Source: Candidatus Spongiisociaceae bacterium
Lineage (GTDB): Bacteria > Actinomycetota > Acidimicrobiia > Spongiisociales > Spongiisociaceae
NCBI GenBank assembly: GCA_965219685.1
Contig: CBDCOH010000002.1
Coordinates: forward strand, 32,001-96,000
DNA length: 64,000 nt
Reading direction: 5' to 3'
The notes below the pieces were generated by a model. That model did no database searches, was not told the DNA's origin, and saw only the letters and a list, made by a program, of their open reading frames with translations. The translations under genes were made by a program, and so were the position numbers. This document shows, piece by piece, positions 1 through 13,159 of the stretch; the stretch's first letter is position 1; every line of letters begins with the position of its first letter.

Positions 1-466
1 GGAGGAAGCAGATCGCCACAGCTTCGTAGTCCTGGGCGAGGCGGGTGCCCAACTCCCGGATCGCCCCCTCGTCGATGCCGACCAGCACGGTCCCGTCCGC
101 GGCGATGCGCTCGTCCACCTCGAAGATCGAGCGGCGGGGAACGAGCGGGGTGGGTTGGCGGTATCGAACGTTATACATGTCAGGCCGGTTGGCCCGACCC
201 AGCTCGTACACGTCACGGAACCCGCGGGTGGTGAGCAGCGCCACCCTGGCGCCCCGCCGTTCGAGGAAGGCGTTGAGCCCGGCCGTGGTCCCGTTGGTGA
301 TGGAGTCGAGTTGACGCCAGTCGATGTCGAGTTGGTCGAGCACGCCTAAGACCCCGTCATAGAGCCTCTGAGGGGTGGTCAGAGCCTTGGCGGTTCGGGT
401 GCGGCCGTCGCCGTCGATCACCACCGCGTCGGTGAACGTTCCTCCTATGTCAACGGCAACTCGCAT
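1..466 (-). CDS. Hydantoinase/oxoprolinase family subunit A (runs off the left edge)
   Basis: Manual translation MRVAVDIGGTFTD...GTTAGLNAFLERRGARVALLTTRGFRD, the typical HyuA N-terminus; AAGGAAG RBS upstream. Confidence 0.9.
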   Translation of the reverse strand, partial: MRVAVDIGGTFTDAVVIDGDGRTRTAKALTTPQRLYDGVLGVLDQLDIDWRQLDSITNGTTAGLNAFLERRGARVALLTTRGFRDVYELGRANRPDMYNVRYRQPTPLVPRRSIFEVDERIAADGTVLVGIDEGAIRELGTRLAQDYEAVAICFL

Positions 467-543
467 CGGCTTCCTTTGGACCTGATCGTTGCTGTATGCG
501 CGGCGGCGCCCACGGACCGACCGGCGTAAGGAACCTCTTTACC

Positions 544-555
544 GGAAACGTTTCC
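544..555. promoter_or_regulatory. LacI-family-like operator palindrome GGAAACGTTTCC upstream of the hydantoinase gene
   Basis: Perfect 12-bp palindrome with central CG, matching the LacI-type AAnCGnTT core. Confidence 0.5.
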
Positions 556-572
556 CGTGCGCAAGTCGGAGC

Positions 573-614
573 AGGTGCCGGGTGTTAGGTGTTAGCTGTT
601 AGTGGTGGGTGGCG
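573..614 (+). repeat. Degenerate heptamer array (AGGTGTT/AGCTGTT type)
   Basis: AGGTGCC GGGTGTT AGGTGTT AGCTGTT AGTGGTG GGTGGCG; same unit type occurs inverted at 55767-55800. Confidence 0.6.
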
Positions 615-671
615 GGCCTGAAGGATCCCCGGTGCTCTTGTCGCGGGTGTCAGGTGTCGCATACCGGACGG

Positions 672-724
672 TCACCATTCACCATTCACCATTCACCATT
701 CACCACTCACGATTCACCATTCAC
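672..724. repeat. Heptamer tandem array (TCACCAY)n, about 7.5 units
   Basis: Directly visible; contains the TGA stop of the minus-strand gene 721-1194. Confidence 0.95.
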
Positions 725-1194
725 TGCCAGTCGCTTCCCGTCTGGAACAGTTCCAGGATGAGGCCTCCCACCTCGCGGGTGTCGAAGTAGGCGAACTTCC
801 CGCCGTCTTCGAGGATCGCGGAGGAGATGACGCGAAACCCGAGCGCGGTCAGATCGGCCATATCGCGGTCCAGATCGTCGGTGTGGGCGCAGAGGTGGAT
901 CACCCCTTCGCCGCGCTCCTCCAGGAACTCGGCCTGGATGCTCTTCCCGGACACCGGCTGCAGCAACTCGAACTCGACCGATCCCATCTGGGCGATCAGG
1001 CCTCTCACCCTGGCGTCCGGATTGTCCTCACCGTATATCCTGCGCTCGAGCGCATGGGCGGATGGACCTTCCACGAACGGGCCAATGCCGAGCAGCTCGT
1101 AGAACGCCGCGGCCTTGTCGATGTCACGGACTACCACCCCGACCTGGTACGTTCTCGACCAGAGATCGGCGCGGACTGCTGCTTCGTCGGCCAT
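721..1194 (-). CDS. VOC/glyoxalase family protein (methylmalonyl-CoA epimerase-like)
   Basis: QVGVVVRD, FELLQP, EGVIHL, ILELFQ VOC motifs. Confidence 0.85.
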   Translation of the reverse strand: MADEAAVRADLWSRTYQVGVVVRDIDKAAAFYELLGIGPFVEGPSAHALERRIYGEDNPDARVRGLIAQMGSVEFELLQPVSGKSIQAEFLEERGEGVIHLCAHTDDLDRDMADLTALGFRVISSAILEDGGKFAYFDTREVGGLILELFQTGSDWQ

Positions 1195-1275
1195 CGCGCT
1201 CTCCCGAATAGCTTGCGCCGGCTGTACCGTCCCCGCTGCTGGGAAGGGGCCGGCTCCGGAGCGAGAGGCTAACAG

Positions 1276-1734
1276 ATGACATCACCCATCGACCCTGCCG
1301 ACAGGGCCGCCGTAGTCGACCTGCTGTATTCCTACGCGTGGCACTTCGACCGCAACGAACCGGAGGGAGTCGCCGCGCTGTTCACCGACGACGCCACGAT
1401 CGACTACGGACCGGAGAACCCCACCATCGTCGGTCGCGACGCCATCGTGCCGGCCATCCGGCCGGGTTTGCAGAACCTGTTCAAGACTTCCGCCCACCAC
1501 ATAACCAACCCGAGGATCGAGTCCGACGGTCCCGACCGAGCGGTGGGTGTCGCCTACGTGTACGCCTGGCACGTCTACCACTCCGACGACTCCGAGGGGG
1601 AGTTGTGGGGCCAGTACCACTGCCGGTTCCGCCGCACGGACGATGGATGGAGGATCGCCGAGCTGGTTCTCAAGGTCATGGGTGTGAAGAACTTCCACAG
1701 GGCGACGATGCACCCGATCGGTCGGCGGTCCTGA
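1276..1734 (+). CDS. NTF2-like/SnoaL-like domain protein
   Basis: YAWHFD...LFTDDA...HHITNP...DGWRI pattern. Confidence 0.85.
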   Translation: MTSPIDPADRAAVVDLLYSYAWHFDRNEPEGVAALFTDDATIDYGPENPTIVGRDAIVPAIRPGLQNLFKTSAHHITNPRIESDGPDRAVGVAYVYAWHVYHSDDSEGELWGQYHCRFRRTDDGWRIAELVLKVMGVKNFHRATMHPIGRRS

Positions 1735-1768
1735 GCCGGGCTCCGATGGATCGGGGTAGGCGCTCGCC

Positions 1769-2887
1769 GTGACCACCGTCATGCTGGTGGGGGTCGGTGA
1801 CCTCGGCGGTTGGGCCCTCGAGTTCCTGGCTCGGACCCCGGAGGTCGACCGGGTGGTAACGGTCAAGCGGAGCCCCTGGAGGGGGACGTCTCCGGTCACC
1901 CTGGCGATGCTCGGCTCGATCTTCCAGGGACACTCGAAACGTTTCGAGCACCACACCGTGGACCTGGCCGATGAGGACGCGATGGCGCGCCTGCTGGCCG
2001 GGGTGAGGCCGGATGCGATCTTGCACTCGGCCACTGTGCAGTCGCCCCGGAGGTTCATGAACGCCGAGATCGACGAGGGCCTGCGGGCGGAGATCCGATC
2101 GGCAACCTTCAGCCTCTGGCTGCCCTGGCACCTGCTGCCGGCGACCCAACTGGTCCGGGCCGTCGAGCGGGCCGGAGTCGACACCCATATCGTCAACGCG
2201 GCCTTCCCCGATGTGGTCAACCATGCCATCTGGCGGCGGTTCGGCCACGGTCCGATCGCGGGCGCCGGCAACGTCGAGGTGTGCGCGGCCACCGTGCTGC
2301 TGTACGTGATGGCCGATCGCGGGCTTCCAGCGGATGCCGTCGACGTGAGACTGGTCGGTTCGCACGCCCTGATGGCATATGGCGCGGCGGTCGTTCCCCA
2401 TCACCTTCGTATCGAGGTGGAGGGAGAGGACGTCACCGCCGGTTACGACCTCGCATCCATCCTGTCGTCGTGGCCGGAGCCCATCGAGTGGGGACGTACC
2501 GACCGTTTCTCCCTCTTCGCGGCATCGGCGGTCAAGAACGCGGTGGCCCTGGTGGGGGAGGTCCCGACCCGTACCCACATGTCGGGGCCCGTGGGGATGC
2601 CCGGCGGCTACCCGGTAACGGTGGCCGGCGGCCGGGTCGAACTCGATCTACCGGGCAGCCTGTCCCCGGAGGAGGCGACCGCCATCAACGACGCCGCTGC
2701 CCGGTTCGACGCCATCGACCACGTGGAGAGGAACGGGACCGTGGTTTACACTTCCGAGGCGCGGGCCGCCATGGAGAGCATCGGGTATGCGTGCGAGGCG
2801 ATCACGTTCGACGAACTGCCGCGGCGCTGCCGGATCCTCCAGGAGTTGTATCACCGCCTGACCACAAGGAGCGGAACACATGCCTGA
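1769..2887 (+). CDS. Rossmann-fold NAD(P)-binding protein of unknown function
   Basis: N-terminal VGVGDLGG; NAAFPD motif; overlaps next gene. Confidence 0.65.
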   Translation: MTTVMLVGVGDLGGWALEFLARTPEVDRVVTVKRSPWRGTSPVTLAMLGSIFQGHSKRFEHHTVDLADEDAMARLLAGVRPDAILHSATVQSPRRFMNAEIDEGLRAEIRSATFSLWLPWHLLPATQLVRAVERAGVDTHIVNAAFPDVVNHAIWRRFGHGPIAGAGNVEVCAATVLLYVMADRGLPADAVDVRLVGSHALMAYGAAVVPHHLRIEVEGEDVTAGYDLASILSSWPEPIEWGRTDRFSLFAASAVKNAVALVGEVPTRTHMSGPVGMPGGYPVTVAGGRVELDLPGSLSPEEATAINDAAARFDAIDHVERNGTVVYTSEARAAMESIGYACEAITFDELPRRCRILQELYHRLTTRSGTHA

Positions 2888-3824
2888 GTTCACCCGCAAG
2901 CCGCTGGAAGGCCTCTTCCCCCTGATCCCGCTCAGCCTCGACGATGCCCAGCAGATCGACATGGCCGGGGTGCGCCACAGCATCGACCTGGTGGCCGCTT
3001 CGGGAGCTCCCGGATGCATCGTCTTCGGATCGATGGGTCAGATGACCAGCGTCTCGGAACGCGAGTTCGACGCGGTGTGCGAGTTGGCGGTCGAGACCGG
3101 TCACCGCGGGGGAATCGCAGTGGTGGTGGGCAGCACCGCCTCCTTCCAGCAGGAGGCCGTCCGGCGGGCCCGCGTGGCGGAGAGGGCGGGCGCCGACGGT
3201 TCGATGCTGGCAGCACCGTACGCGCTACCGGTGACCAGCGACTGGGCGCTCCGCTTCTTCGTCGAGGTCGCGGAGTCCCTGGACGGTGACATGGCCCTCA
3301 TGCTCTACAACTACTCGCCCCTCAACGGTATGAATCTCACCGCGAAGATGTGGGAGCAGCTCCTGGACATCGCCAACATCAAAGCCATCAAGGAGTCGAA
3401 CACGGCCTTGCCCCATTTCGACGAGATCCTGCTGACCATCTGCGACCGGGTGAACGTGTTCAGCGGCAACGACCCGGCCTTCTTCCACGCATCGATGCTC
3501 GGGGCGGCCGGGGCGACCGGGATATTCAGCTGGGCGGGACTGCGGGCCGGCACCCGATTCATCGAAGAGTGCCGCAAGGGCAACCACAACGATCCCTGGG
3601 TCCGCAGCGCCTTCTCCGCGCTGCAGAGGTTCTCGGCCGCCATCCGGCGCCCCGACATGCCTTCCATGCTCAGCTACGAGCACGGGTACCTCAACGCCAT
3701 CGCCGGGCTCGGGGGCGCCCGGACCGGCGTTCCCCGCAAGCCCTACGGCCCCCTCCCGGCCCCCGCCCTGGCCACGGTCGAGGCCGAGGCGGCAGGCGTG
3801 CAGGCTCTGGAAGCCGGACTGTGA
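2880..3824 (+). CDS. Dihydrodipicolinate synthase (DapA/NAL) family aldolase
   Basis: GSMGQ in place of GxxGE, MLYN, IKES Schiff-base lysine. Confidence 0.85.
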   Translation: MPEFTRKPLEGLFPLIPLSLDDAQQIDMAGVRHSIDLVAASGAPGCIVFGSMGQMTSVSEREFDAVCELAVETGHRGGIAVVVGSTASFQQEAVRRARVAERAGADGSMLAAPYALPVTSDWALRFFVEVAESLDGDMALMLYNYSPLNGMNLTAKMWEQLLDIANIKAIKESNTALPHFDEILLTICDRVNVFSGNDPAFFHASMLGAAGATGIFSWAGLRAGTRFIEECRKGNHNDPWVRSAFSALQRFSAAIRRPDMPSMLSYEHGYLNAIAGLGGARTGVPRKPYGPLPAPALATVEAEAAGVQALEAGL

Positions 3825-4861
3825 CCCGGGACGCGCCGCGTCCGGGGGAGATACTGGTCGTGTCCAGCGAGGAGGTCGAGGAACTCCTCGACCCGGCGGT
3901 CTGCCTGGAGCGGTGCCTCGACACCTTCCGCTGGGTCGGCGAGGGTGAGGTCGAGCAGACCAATCCCGTCAACCTGTACGTCCACGACCGTCTGGGTCCC
4001 GAACCTCCCTTCGGTCACGGAGCGATCCAGGCGTTCCCCGCCATGATCCGTCCGCTGGGGAGGGCGGCTGTCAAATGGCTGGGCAGCTACCGGCTCAATC
4101 CCCGCCGTGGCCTGCCCGCCATCTCCGCCCTCGACCTGGTCAGCGACATCGACACGGGAATGCCGCTTGCCCTGGTGGACGGCACCTCGGTCACCAACAT
4201 GCGCACCGGCGGCCATGCGACGGTAGGGGCGAAATACCTCGCCCGCCCGGACTCGAGCCGGGTGGCCTTCGTCGGGTGCGGCAACGAGGCCTGGACCCAC
4301 CTCCTGGCGCTCAACGAGGTCTTCCCCCTGCAGAACGCGGCCGCCTTCGACATCAACCCGGATCAGCTGGCCCGATTCGCCCGCCGGGCGGAGGAACGGG
4401 TAGGGATCGAGGTGGCGCCGGCGCCCGACGTCGAGACGGCGGTGGCGGACGCCGACATCGTCTGCGTGGTCACCACCGCGGCCCGGCCGGTGCTGATGGA
4501 GGGATGGGTCCCGCCGGGCGCCCATGTGTGCGCGACCACCGGTTTCCGCGACGTCGACCCCGCCTGCGCAACCGCCTTCGACAAGTGGGTGGTGGGCTGG
4601 TACGGCCGGGATCTGGAGTGGATCGAGGGGGACGAGGTGGGGCGTCTGGGCGGCCTTCGGCCAGGACAGTTGACGAGAGCGGACATCCACGCCGACCTCG
4701 CCACAGAGGTCGTGCCCGGTGTCATACCGGGCCGCGAGTGCGAGAGCGAGCGCACGGTGATGACCCACATGGGCATGCCGGCCCTCGACGCAGCGGTCGC
4801 CTCGCTGGTATATGACCTGGCTCTCGAAGCCGGCGCGGGATCCTGGATCGAGGTCTTCTGA
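3821..4861 (+). CDS. Ornithine cyclodeaminase/mu-crystallin family protein
   Basis: KWLGSY..NP..GLP, TNMRTG, VGCGNEA, DIVCVVT; GTG start overlaps upstream TGA. Confidence 0.9.
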   Translation: MTRDAPRPGEILVVSSEEVEELLDPAVCLERCLDTFRWVGEGEVEQTNPVNLYVHDRLGPEPPFGHGAIQAFPAMIRPLGRAAVKWLGSYRLNPRRGLPAISALDLVSDIDTGMPLALVDGTSVTNMRTGGHATVGAKYLARPDSSRVAFVGCGNEAWTHLLALNEVFPLQNAAAFDINPDQLARFARRAEERVGIEVAPAPDVETAVADADIVCVVTTAARPVLMEGWVPPGAHVCATTGFRDVDPACATAFDKWVVGWYGRDLEWIEGDEVGRLGGLRPGQLTRADIHADLATEVVPGVIPGRECESERTVMTHMGMPALDAAVASLVYDLALEAGAGSWIEVF

Positions 4862-4863
4862 CG

Positions 4864-5160
4864 ATGGCGGCAGCCGGACGGTCCGGAACAGATGTCCCGG
4901 TTGGTGGATCGGCGGTGGACCTCGACGCTCTGCAGGAGGCGGTCGAGTTCGTGCGCCCGGCGCTTCACGCCGACGGCGGGGATCTCGTCGTGCTGGACGT
5001 GGATGAGGACGGGGTGGTCTCGGTCGAGCTCATGGGAGCGTGCGGGACCTGCCCGCTGTCGGTGGTGACGATGACCGCCGGAATCGAGGCCCTGTTCCGG
5101 CAGCGAGTCCCCGGCGTGACAGGCGTAGTGGCGAGCACGCCGACAGTCGCACCTCCGTGA
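4864..5160 (+). CDS. NifU C-terminal (Nfu) domain Fe-S scaffold protein
   Basis: VRPALHADGGD...GACGTCP. Confidence 0.9.
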   Translation: MAAAGRSGTDVPVGGSAVDLDALQEAVEFVRPALHADGGDLVVLDVDEDGVVSVELMGACGTCPLSVVTMTAGIEALFRQRVPGVTGVVASTPTVAPP

Positions 5161-5179
5161 TCGGTCGCCGGTCGGACCG

Positions 5180-5270
5180 CCACCATTCACCATTCACTAC
5201 TCACCATTCACCACTCACCATTCACCATTCACCACTCACCATTCACCACTCACCATTCACGACTCACCAA
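5180..5270. repeat. Heptamer tandem array (TCACCAY)n, about 13 units
   Basis: Directly visible between convergent genes; supplies last codons and stop of the RidA gene. Confidence 0.95.
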
Positions 5271-5652
5271 GCCCCACGACCGCGTCGATCTGTACCTTGG
5301 CGCCTTTCCACAGGAAGGCAACCCCGAAGCTCGTCCGGGCCGGATAAGGGATCGGGAAGCGTTCGCCGTAGACCCGGTTCATGGCGTCGAGGTCGTCCTC
5401 GTCGACGAACTGGACGCATGTTTGTACCACGTCGGCGAGGGTTGCTCCCACCTCGGCGAGGATGTTCTCGAGGTTGGTGATCGCCTGGTGGAACTCGTTC
5501 TCGAAACCCCCCTCTACGAAGTCCCCGGTCACCGGATCGCGTCCGATCTGGCCGGTGATCCACGCACGGTTCCCGTCGATGCGGATGTGCGGGTAGGGAC
5601 CGCGCGGTTCCGGCGCTTGATGGCTGGTCACGGCGATGTCACCAGAGGACAT
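5257..5652 (-). CDS. RidA/YjgF family protein
   Basis: GPY, TGQIG, NLENIL, MNRVY, YPAR; ATG at 5652 with GGAGGAG RBS. Confidence 0.9.
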   Translation of the reverse strand: MSSGDIAVTSHQAPEPRGPYPHIRIDGNRAWITGQIGRDPVTGDFVEGGFENEFHQAITNLENILAEVGATLADVVQTCVQFVDEDDLDAMNRVYGERFPIPYPARTSFGVAFLWKGAKVQIDAVVGLGES

Positions 5653-5698
5653 GGGCTCCTCCCAGGGGTGTAGCGGTAGCTCGTAGTGGCGGTCCAGC

Positions 5699-6574
5699 TT
5701 ACGGCGCCGATCGCCGCAGAAGATCCAGGGAGGAGCCGACCCGGCCGGGGTCGGTCCAATCCACCGACACGACCACCTCGTCGATGCCGGCCGAGACCAG
5801 GTCCCGGAGGCACTCGGCCAGGGGCTCGGTGGGTCCGGGGGTCTGCATCGCCATACGGGTGGGTGCAGGGCGTCCACCCGCGGCTGCTTCTTCCTCGATG
5901 GCCCGGATCCGCCACCGGATCTCTTCGGGATCGATCTGGTCCGCGTACTGGAAGCCTATCCAGCCGTCGCCGTGGCGCGCCACACGGCGGAGCGCGGCCT
6001 TCGACATCCCGCCTGCCAGGATGGGAACCTCGCCGGCCGGCGTCGGATAGCAGCGGACACCGGCCGGGAGGTCCCAGTGCCGGTAGCGGCGTGCGGCCGG
6101 GCGACCGGTCCAGCAGTCCCTGATTATGGCCATCCACTCGTCCAGGCGGGTTCCCCGGTCCTCGAAAGGGGCACCCAGCGCGGCAAACTCCTCGGCCAGC
6201 CATCCCACGCCCACGCCCAGGGTGATCCTGCCGCCGGTGAGGAGGTCGAGGGTGGCTACCTGCTTGGCAAGCACCACCGGGTTGCGCATCGGCGCGATGA
6301 GCACGGAGGTGCCGAGCCCGATCGTGGCTGTGACCGCACCGGCCACAGCCAGGCTGACCAGCGCATCGAACATGGGATGGTCCATGTCCCAACGCATCGC
6401 ACCGTCGGCGTCGAAGGGGTATGGGGATGCGGCGCCGTCCACCATCACCACGTGGTCGCTCATCCACACCGAGTCGAAACCCAGTTCCTCCGCCAAGCGG
6501 GCTGCGTCGGGGAGGGTCACGGGTTGGTCCGGGCCGTGGCCGGGCAGGGTTACCCCGATCTTGAAGCTGCTCAC
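5699..6574 (-). CDS. LLM-class (probably F420-dependent) oxidoreductase
   Basis: AEELGFDSVWMSDH, LGTSVLI, TLDLLTGGR, GVGVGW. Confidence 0.9.
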   Translation of the reverse strand: MSSFKIGVTLPGHGPDQPVTLPDAARLAEELGFDSVWMSDHVVMVDGAASPYPFDADGAMRWDMDHPMFDALVSLAVAGAVTATIGLGTSVLIAPMRNPVVLAKQVATLDLLTGGRITLGVGVGWLAEEFAALGAPFEDRGTRLDEWMAIIRDCWTGRPAARRYRHWDLPAGVRCYPTPAGEVPILAGGMSKAALRRVARHGDGWIGFQYADQIDPEEIRWRIRAIEEEAAAGGRPAPTRMAMQTPGPTEPLAECLRDLVSAGIDEVVVSVDWTDPGRVGSSLDLLRRSAP

Positions 6575-7341
6575 GTCAGCCAGCCGCCGTCCACCACCAT
6601 TACATGTCCGGTCACGTAGGAGGCAGCCTCCGAGGAGAGGAAGTCGACCGCGGCCGCTACGTCGGCCGGACGGCCGAGACGGCCGAGCGGGATCAAGGTC
6701 CCCGCCTGTGCCCGGGACGCCGACTCGCCGAGGACGGAGCGCACCATTTCGGTGTCGATCGTTCCGGGTGCGACCGCATTCACCCGTATGCCGAACGGGG
6801 CCAGCTCGCGGGCGGCCGCGATGGTCAGCATCCGGACCGCGCCCTTCGAGGTGTCGTAGGGAACCATCGGAGTGCTAGAGGCCGTGAACGCCGAAGTCGA
6901 AGCGGTGTTCACGATACATCCGGCGCGGCGGGGGATCATAGCCTTCGCGGCGGCCTGGATCCCGAAGAACACCGCCCTCAGGTTCACGGCCATCAACCCG
7001 TCGAAGTCCTCGGCGGTCACCTCGACCAGGGGACGCGCCCACCCGATGCCGGCGTTATTCACCACCGTGCCCAGTGGTATGTCATCGTCGATGCGTTCGA
7101 CAGCGGCGCCGATGGCGGTGACGTCGCGGACATCCAGCCTCAGCGGTCGGACGTCCAGTCCTTCGGCCTGGAGTTCGCCCGCCGTGTCCTCCTCGCCCGC
7201 GATGTCGGCGATGAAGACGGTGTCCCCACGCCTGGCCAACCGCTCGGCGATGCCCCTTCCGATTCCTCTCGCGCCCCCGGTCACCAGGGCGCCGACGGGT
7301 GATCCGCCACGAACGCGAGCTTCCGATGTTTCCTGGGTCAT
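6571..7341 (-). CDS. SDR family oxidoreductase
   Basis: TGGARGIG, NNAG, YDTSK, VNAVAPG; start placed at ATG 7341. Confidence 0.9.
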   Translation of the reverse strand: MTQETSEARVRGGSPVGALVTGGARGIGRGIAERLARRGDTVFIADIAGEEDTAGELQAEGLDVRPLRLDVRDVTAIGAAVERIDDDIPLGTVVNNAGIGWARPLVEVTAEDFDGLMAVNLRAVFFGIQAAAKAMIPRRAGCIVNTASTSAFTASSTPMVPYDTSKGAVRMLTIAAARELAPFGIRVNAVAPGTIDTEMVRSVLGESASRAQAGTLIPLGRLGRPADVAAAVDFLSSEAASYVTGHVMVVDGGWLT

Positions 7342-7755
7342 GAGCGGACAGTAGTCCGCCCGGTGGAGGCGGCTGAAAGCACTCCGACGGGGTCGATGCT
7401 CGGCAAGGCAGGCCGGCGGTTGCCCGCCGTAGGGCACAGGGGTCAAGCACGGTTGGTACCGGGCTGCCAGACGAGTAGTTCCAAGGGATCTGATCGGAAG
7501 CGACCATACTCTACAAATTGCTAAACAACTCTTTACAACACATCTGTGACTCGTATGCATCTGTTCCTGGACTCGGACCCCGGGGCTGCCACTTGGTGAA
7601 GAGCCACCCGCGGGTGTAGACGCGAGGCCCAAACAGCGTGATGGAGGATGGCATAAGATGTCATCTAACGGTAACCATCGAATCACCAACTAAAAATTAT
7701 AGACTACCGACTAGGTACTGATCATCCAGGCGACAGTCGACGGAGGGGGAGGTGA

Positions 7756-10657
<2,902 letters not shown>

Positions 10658-10661
<4 letters not shown>

Positions 10662-11902
10662 GGTCGCTCGAGGGTCCGAGCCCTCAAAGGTCGAACCCGC
10701 GCCATGGGTCGTTCGTCGATCGGCGTGTGGATGATCGCCGCGGCGATGCCCAACGCGACGGCGGTCCACCAGACCGGATCGTAAGACCCCGTACGGTCGT
10801 AGATGTAGCCACCAAGCCAGACCCCTATGAAGCTGCCGATCTGGTGCGACAGGAACACCATCCCGAAGAGGGTGGCCAGGTAGCGGACTCCGAAGATCTG
10901 CTCGACGATCCCGGTTGTCAGCGGCACCGTGGAGAGCCAGAGCACGCCCATGGCGCTGGCGAACACGTAGATGGTGAGATCCGTCTTGGGGGCGAGCAGC
11001 ATTAGCGCGATAGTGAGCGCTCTTAGCGCGTAGATCGCAGTCAGGCCACGCTTCTTGGACCAGCGCTGGCCGAAAGCGCCGCTGCTGAACGAGCCGACGA
11101 TGTTGAAAGCGCCGATCAGCGACAGGGAGATGGCGCCCACCGAGGCGGCCAGTCCGAGGTCCTGCACGAACGCAGGGAAGTGGACCACGATGAACGAAAC
11201 ATGGAATCCGCAGACGAAGAAGCCGCTCGTGAGGAGCAGATAGCCTCGATGGCCACGGGCCTCGATGAGCGCTTCACCCAGCGTCTGGTCGGTGACGGGC
11301 TCACCGCTGGCGGCGGTAGCGTTGGGAAGTACGAAAGCCAGCGGGATGATCAACAGCGTCAGCGCGGCCAGGGTGAGTAGGGCCGGGTACCAACCGAAGG
11401 CGGAGATGAAGCCTTGGCCTATCGGCGAGAACAGCACCTGGCCGAGCGAACTGGCCGCGGTGCCCAGCCCCAGCGCCAGGGAACGTCGTTCCGGTTCCAC
11501 GGTCCGGGCCATTGCGGCCAGGACGAGGGAGAAGCTGGAGAAGGCTATGCCGGTCCCCACCACCACGCCGGCGGTCAACTGCAGCACCAGTCCGCTCTCC
11601 GACGACGCCATGCCCCACGTTCCGAGCGCATAGATGACCGTTCCCGCGGTCAGTACGTAACGCGGGCCGTACCGGTCTGCAATCGCGCCCGCCACCGGCA
11701 TCCCGATTCCCCACATCAGGTTCTGGATGGCCAGTGCCAATGCGAACGTCTCGCGGGTCCAACCCTGGTCGATCGTCATCGGCGCCAGGAACAGGCCGAA
11801 CACCGAGCGTATGCCGAATCCCACCGTGGCGATGACGCAGCCGGCGACTATGACTATCACCGGCGTTCGCCATGTTCGCGAGCGTGTCTTGGAGATGGTC
11901 AC
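10658..11902 (-). CDS. MFS transporter
   Basis: About 12 hydrophobic segments; GAIADRYGPR motif A; FFVCGFH. Confidence 0.9.
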
Positions 11903-12323
11903 AGCAAGCCTCGATCTATCGAGTGGCCGGGGACTGTCCTCCTAGGATCCTGAAGGATTGGTTGTCTGGAGCGAGGTCCACCCGCAGCAGCGGTAACGCC
12001 CTCGGGTGCGGGACATGCGCTCGAAGCGCTCGAGGAGGCTCCCAGGCCGCCGAGTGATACTACTTGGCCGCGGCCGCGGGACTCGCTCCGCCGGTTAGTT
12101 TCCCCGCGGCCGTACCGAATGACGACGCTAGCGTGGTCTGCCCACAGGCAGACCACGGGTGTCCGTGGCTCAGTGGACGGAGCCGGTAGCGTGACCACGC
12201 CCTGGAGAGCTTCATACAACATCGGCCGGCGGAGAGCGCCGGCGGCTTGTTTCTTACGGCCTTCCTGCTGCCGGGTTGCCTGTCCTGGTCTACCAAGTCA
12301 AAATTGTTGATCGAGAAGAGGGA

Positions 12324-13136
12324 GTGATCCTGCCGGACACAGGACTGCAAGGCAAGACGGCGCTCGTAACGGGGGGCGCCTCCGGTATAGGACTCGGCAT
12401 CGCAAAGGCCCTGGCCGCAGAGTGCGTAGATCTGGCCATCGTGAGCCGCAACCCCGATCCCGGCGCGATCGGTCTTCTCGAGGGTCTGGGTGTGTCGGTT
12501 GCCGCGCTCCGGGCTGACCTGAGTGTGGAAGGTGACGTCTGTAGGGCCATAACCGAGGCCGAGAGGTTGCTCGGTCCCATCGACCTCCTAGTCGCCGGCG
12601 TCGCCATCACTCACAAGGAACCGGTTACCACGGTGACGACAGACGCCTGGGAGCGGACACTGGGAACGAACCTGACCGGGACGATGTGGATGTGCCGCGA
12701 GATGGCGCGCAGGATGATCAGGCGTGGAGCGGGCTCGATACTGGTGGTTGGCTCGACGGCCCAGTACCACCGTGCTCCCGGCGAGGCCGCCTACCACGCC
12801 AGCAAGGCGGGATTGGCCTCGTACGCCGAGACGCTGGCTGTCGAACTCGCTCCACACGGGATCAGGGTCAACATGCTGGTTCCCGGCAGCTTCGCCACCC
12901 GACTGAATCCGGTCGCGACCGGAGACGTTCACGAACGGCTATTGGCTGAGATCCCTCTCGGCCGGCAGGGGACTCCGTCCGAGTGCGGTCCGGCCGCGGT
13001 CTTCCTCCTGTCGGACCGGCTTGCCTCCTACGTGACCGGTGCCCAACTCGTGGTCAGCGGTGGGCTCCATCTCCGGCCGCACGTGAGGGTCGACTGGAAC
13101 GAGATCGAGCGTATGAACCTCCCCTCAGCTGAATGA
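12324..13136 (+). CDS. SDR family oxidoreductase
   Basis: TGGASGIG, YHASK, VNMLVPG; start approximate. Confidence 0.88.
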   Translation: MILPDTGLQGKTALVTGGASGIGLGIAKALAAECVDLAIVSRNPDPGAIGLLEGLGVSVAALRADLSVEGDVCRAITEAERLLGPIDLLVAGVAITHKEPVTTVTTDAWERTLGTNLTGTMWMCREMARRMIRRGAGSILVVGSTAQYHRAPGEAAYHASKAGLASYAETLAVELAPHGIRVNMLVPGSFATRLNPVATGDVHERLLAEIPLGRQGTPSECGPAAVFLLSDRLASYVTGAQLVVSGGLHLRPHVRVDWNEIERMNLPSAE

Positions 13137-13159
13137 AGGTTCGAAAGGAGAGATGATCG

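Noticed and set aside
11941-11960. CCTGAAGGAT motif shared between about 617 and about 11949 as a possible IS end
   Set aside because: No matching inverted partner or transposase found nearby; too short to support.
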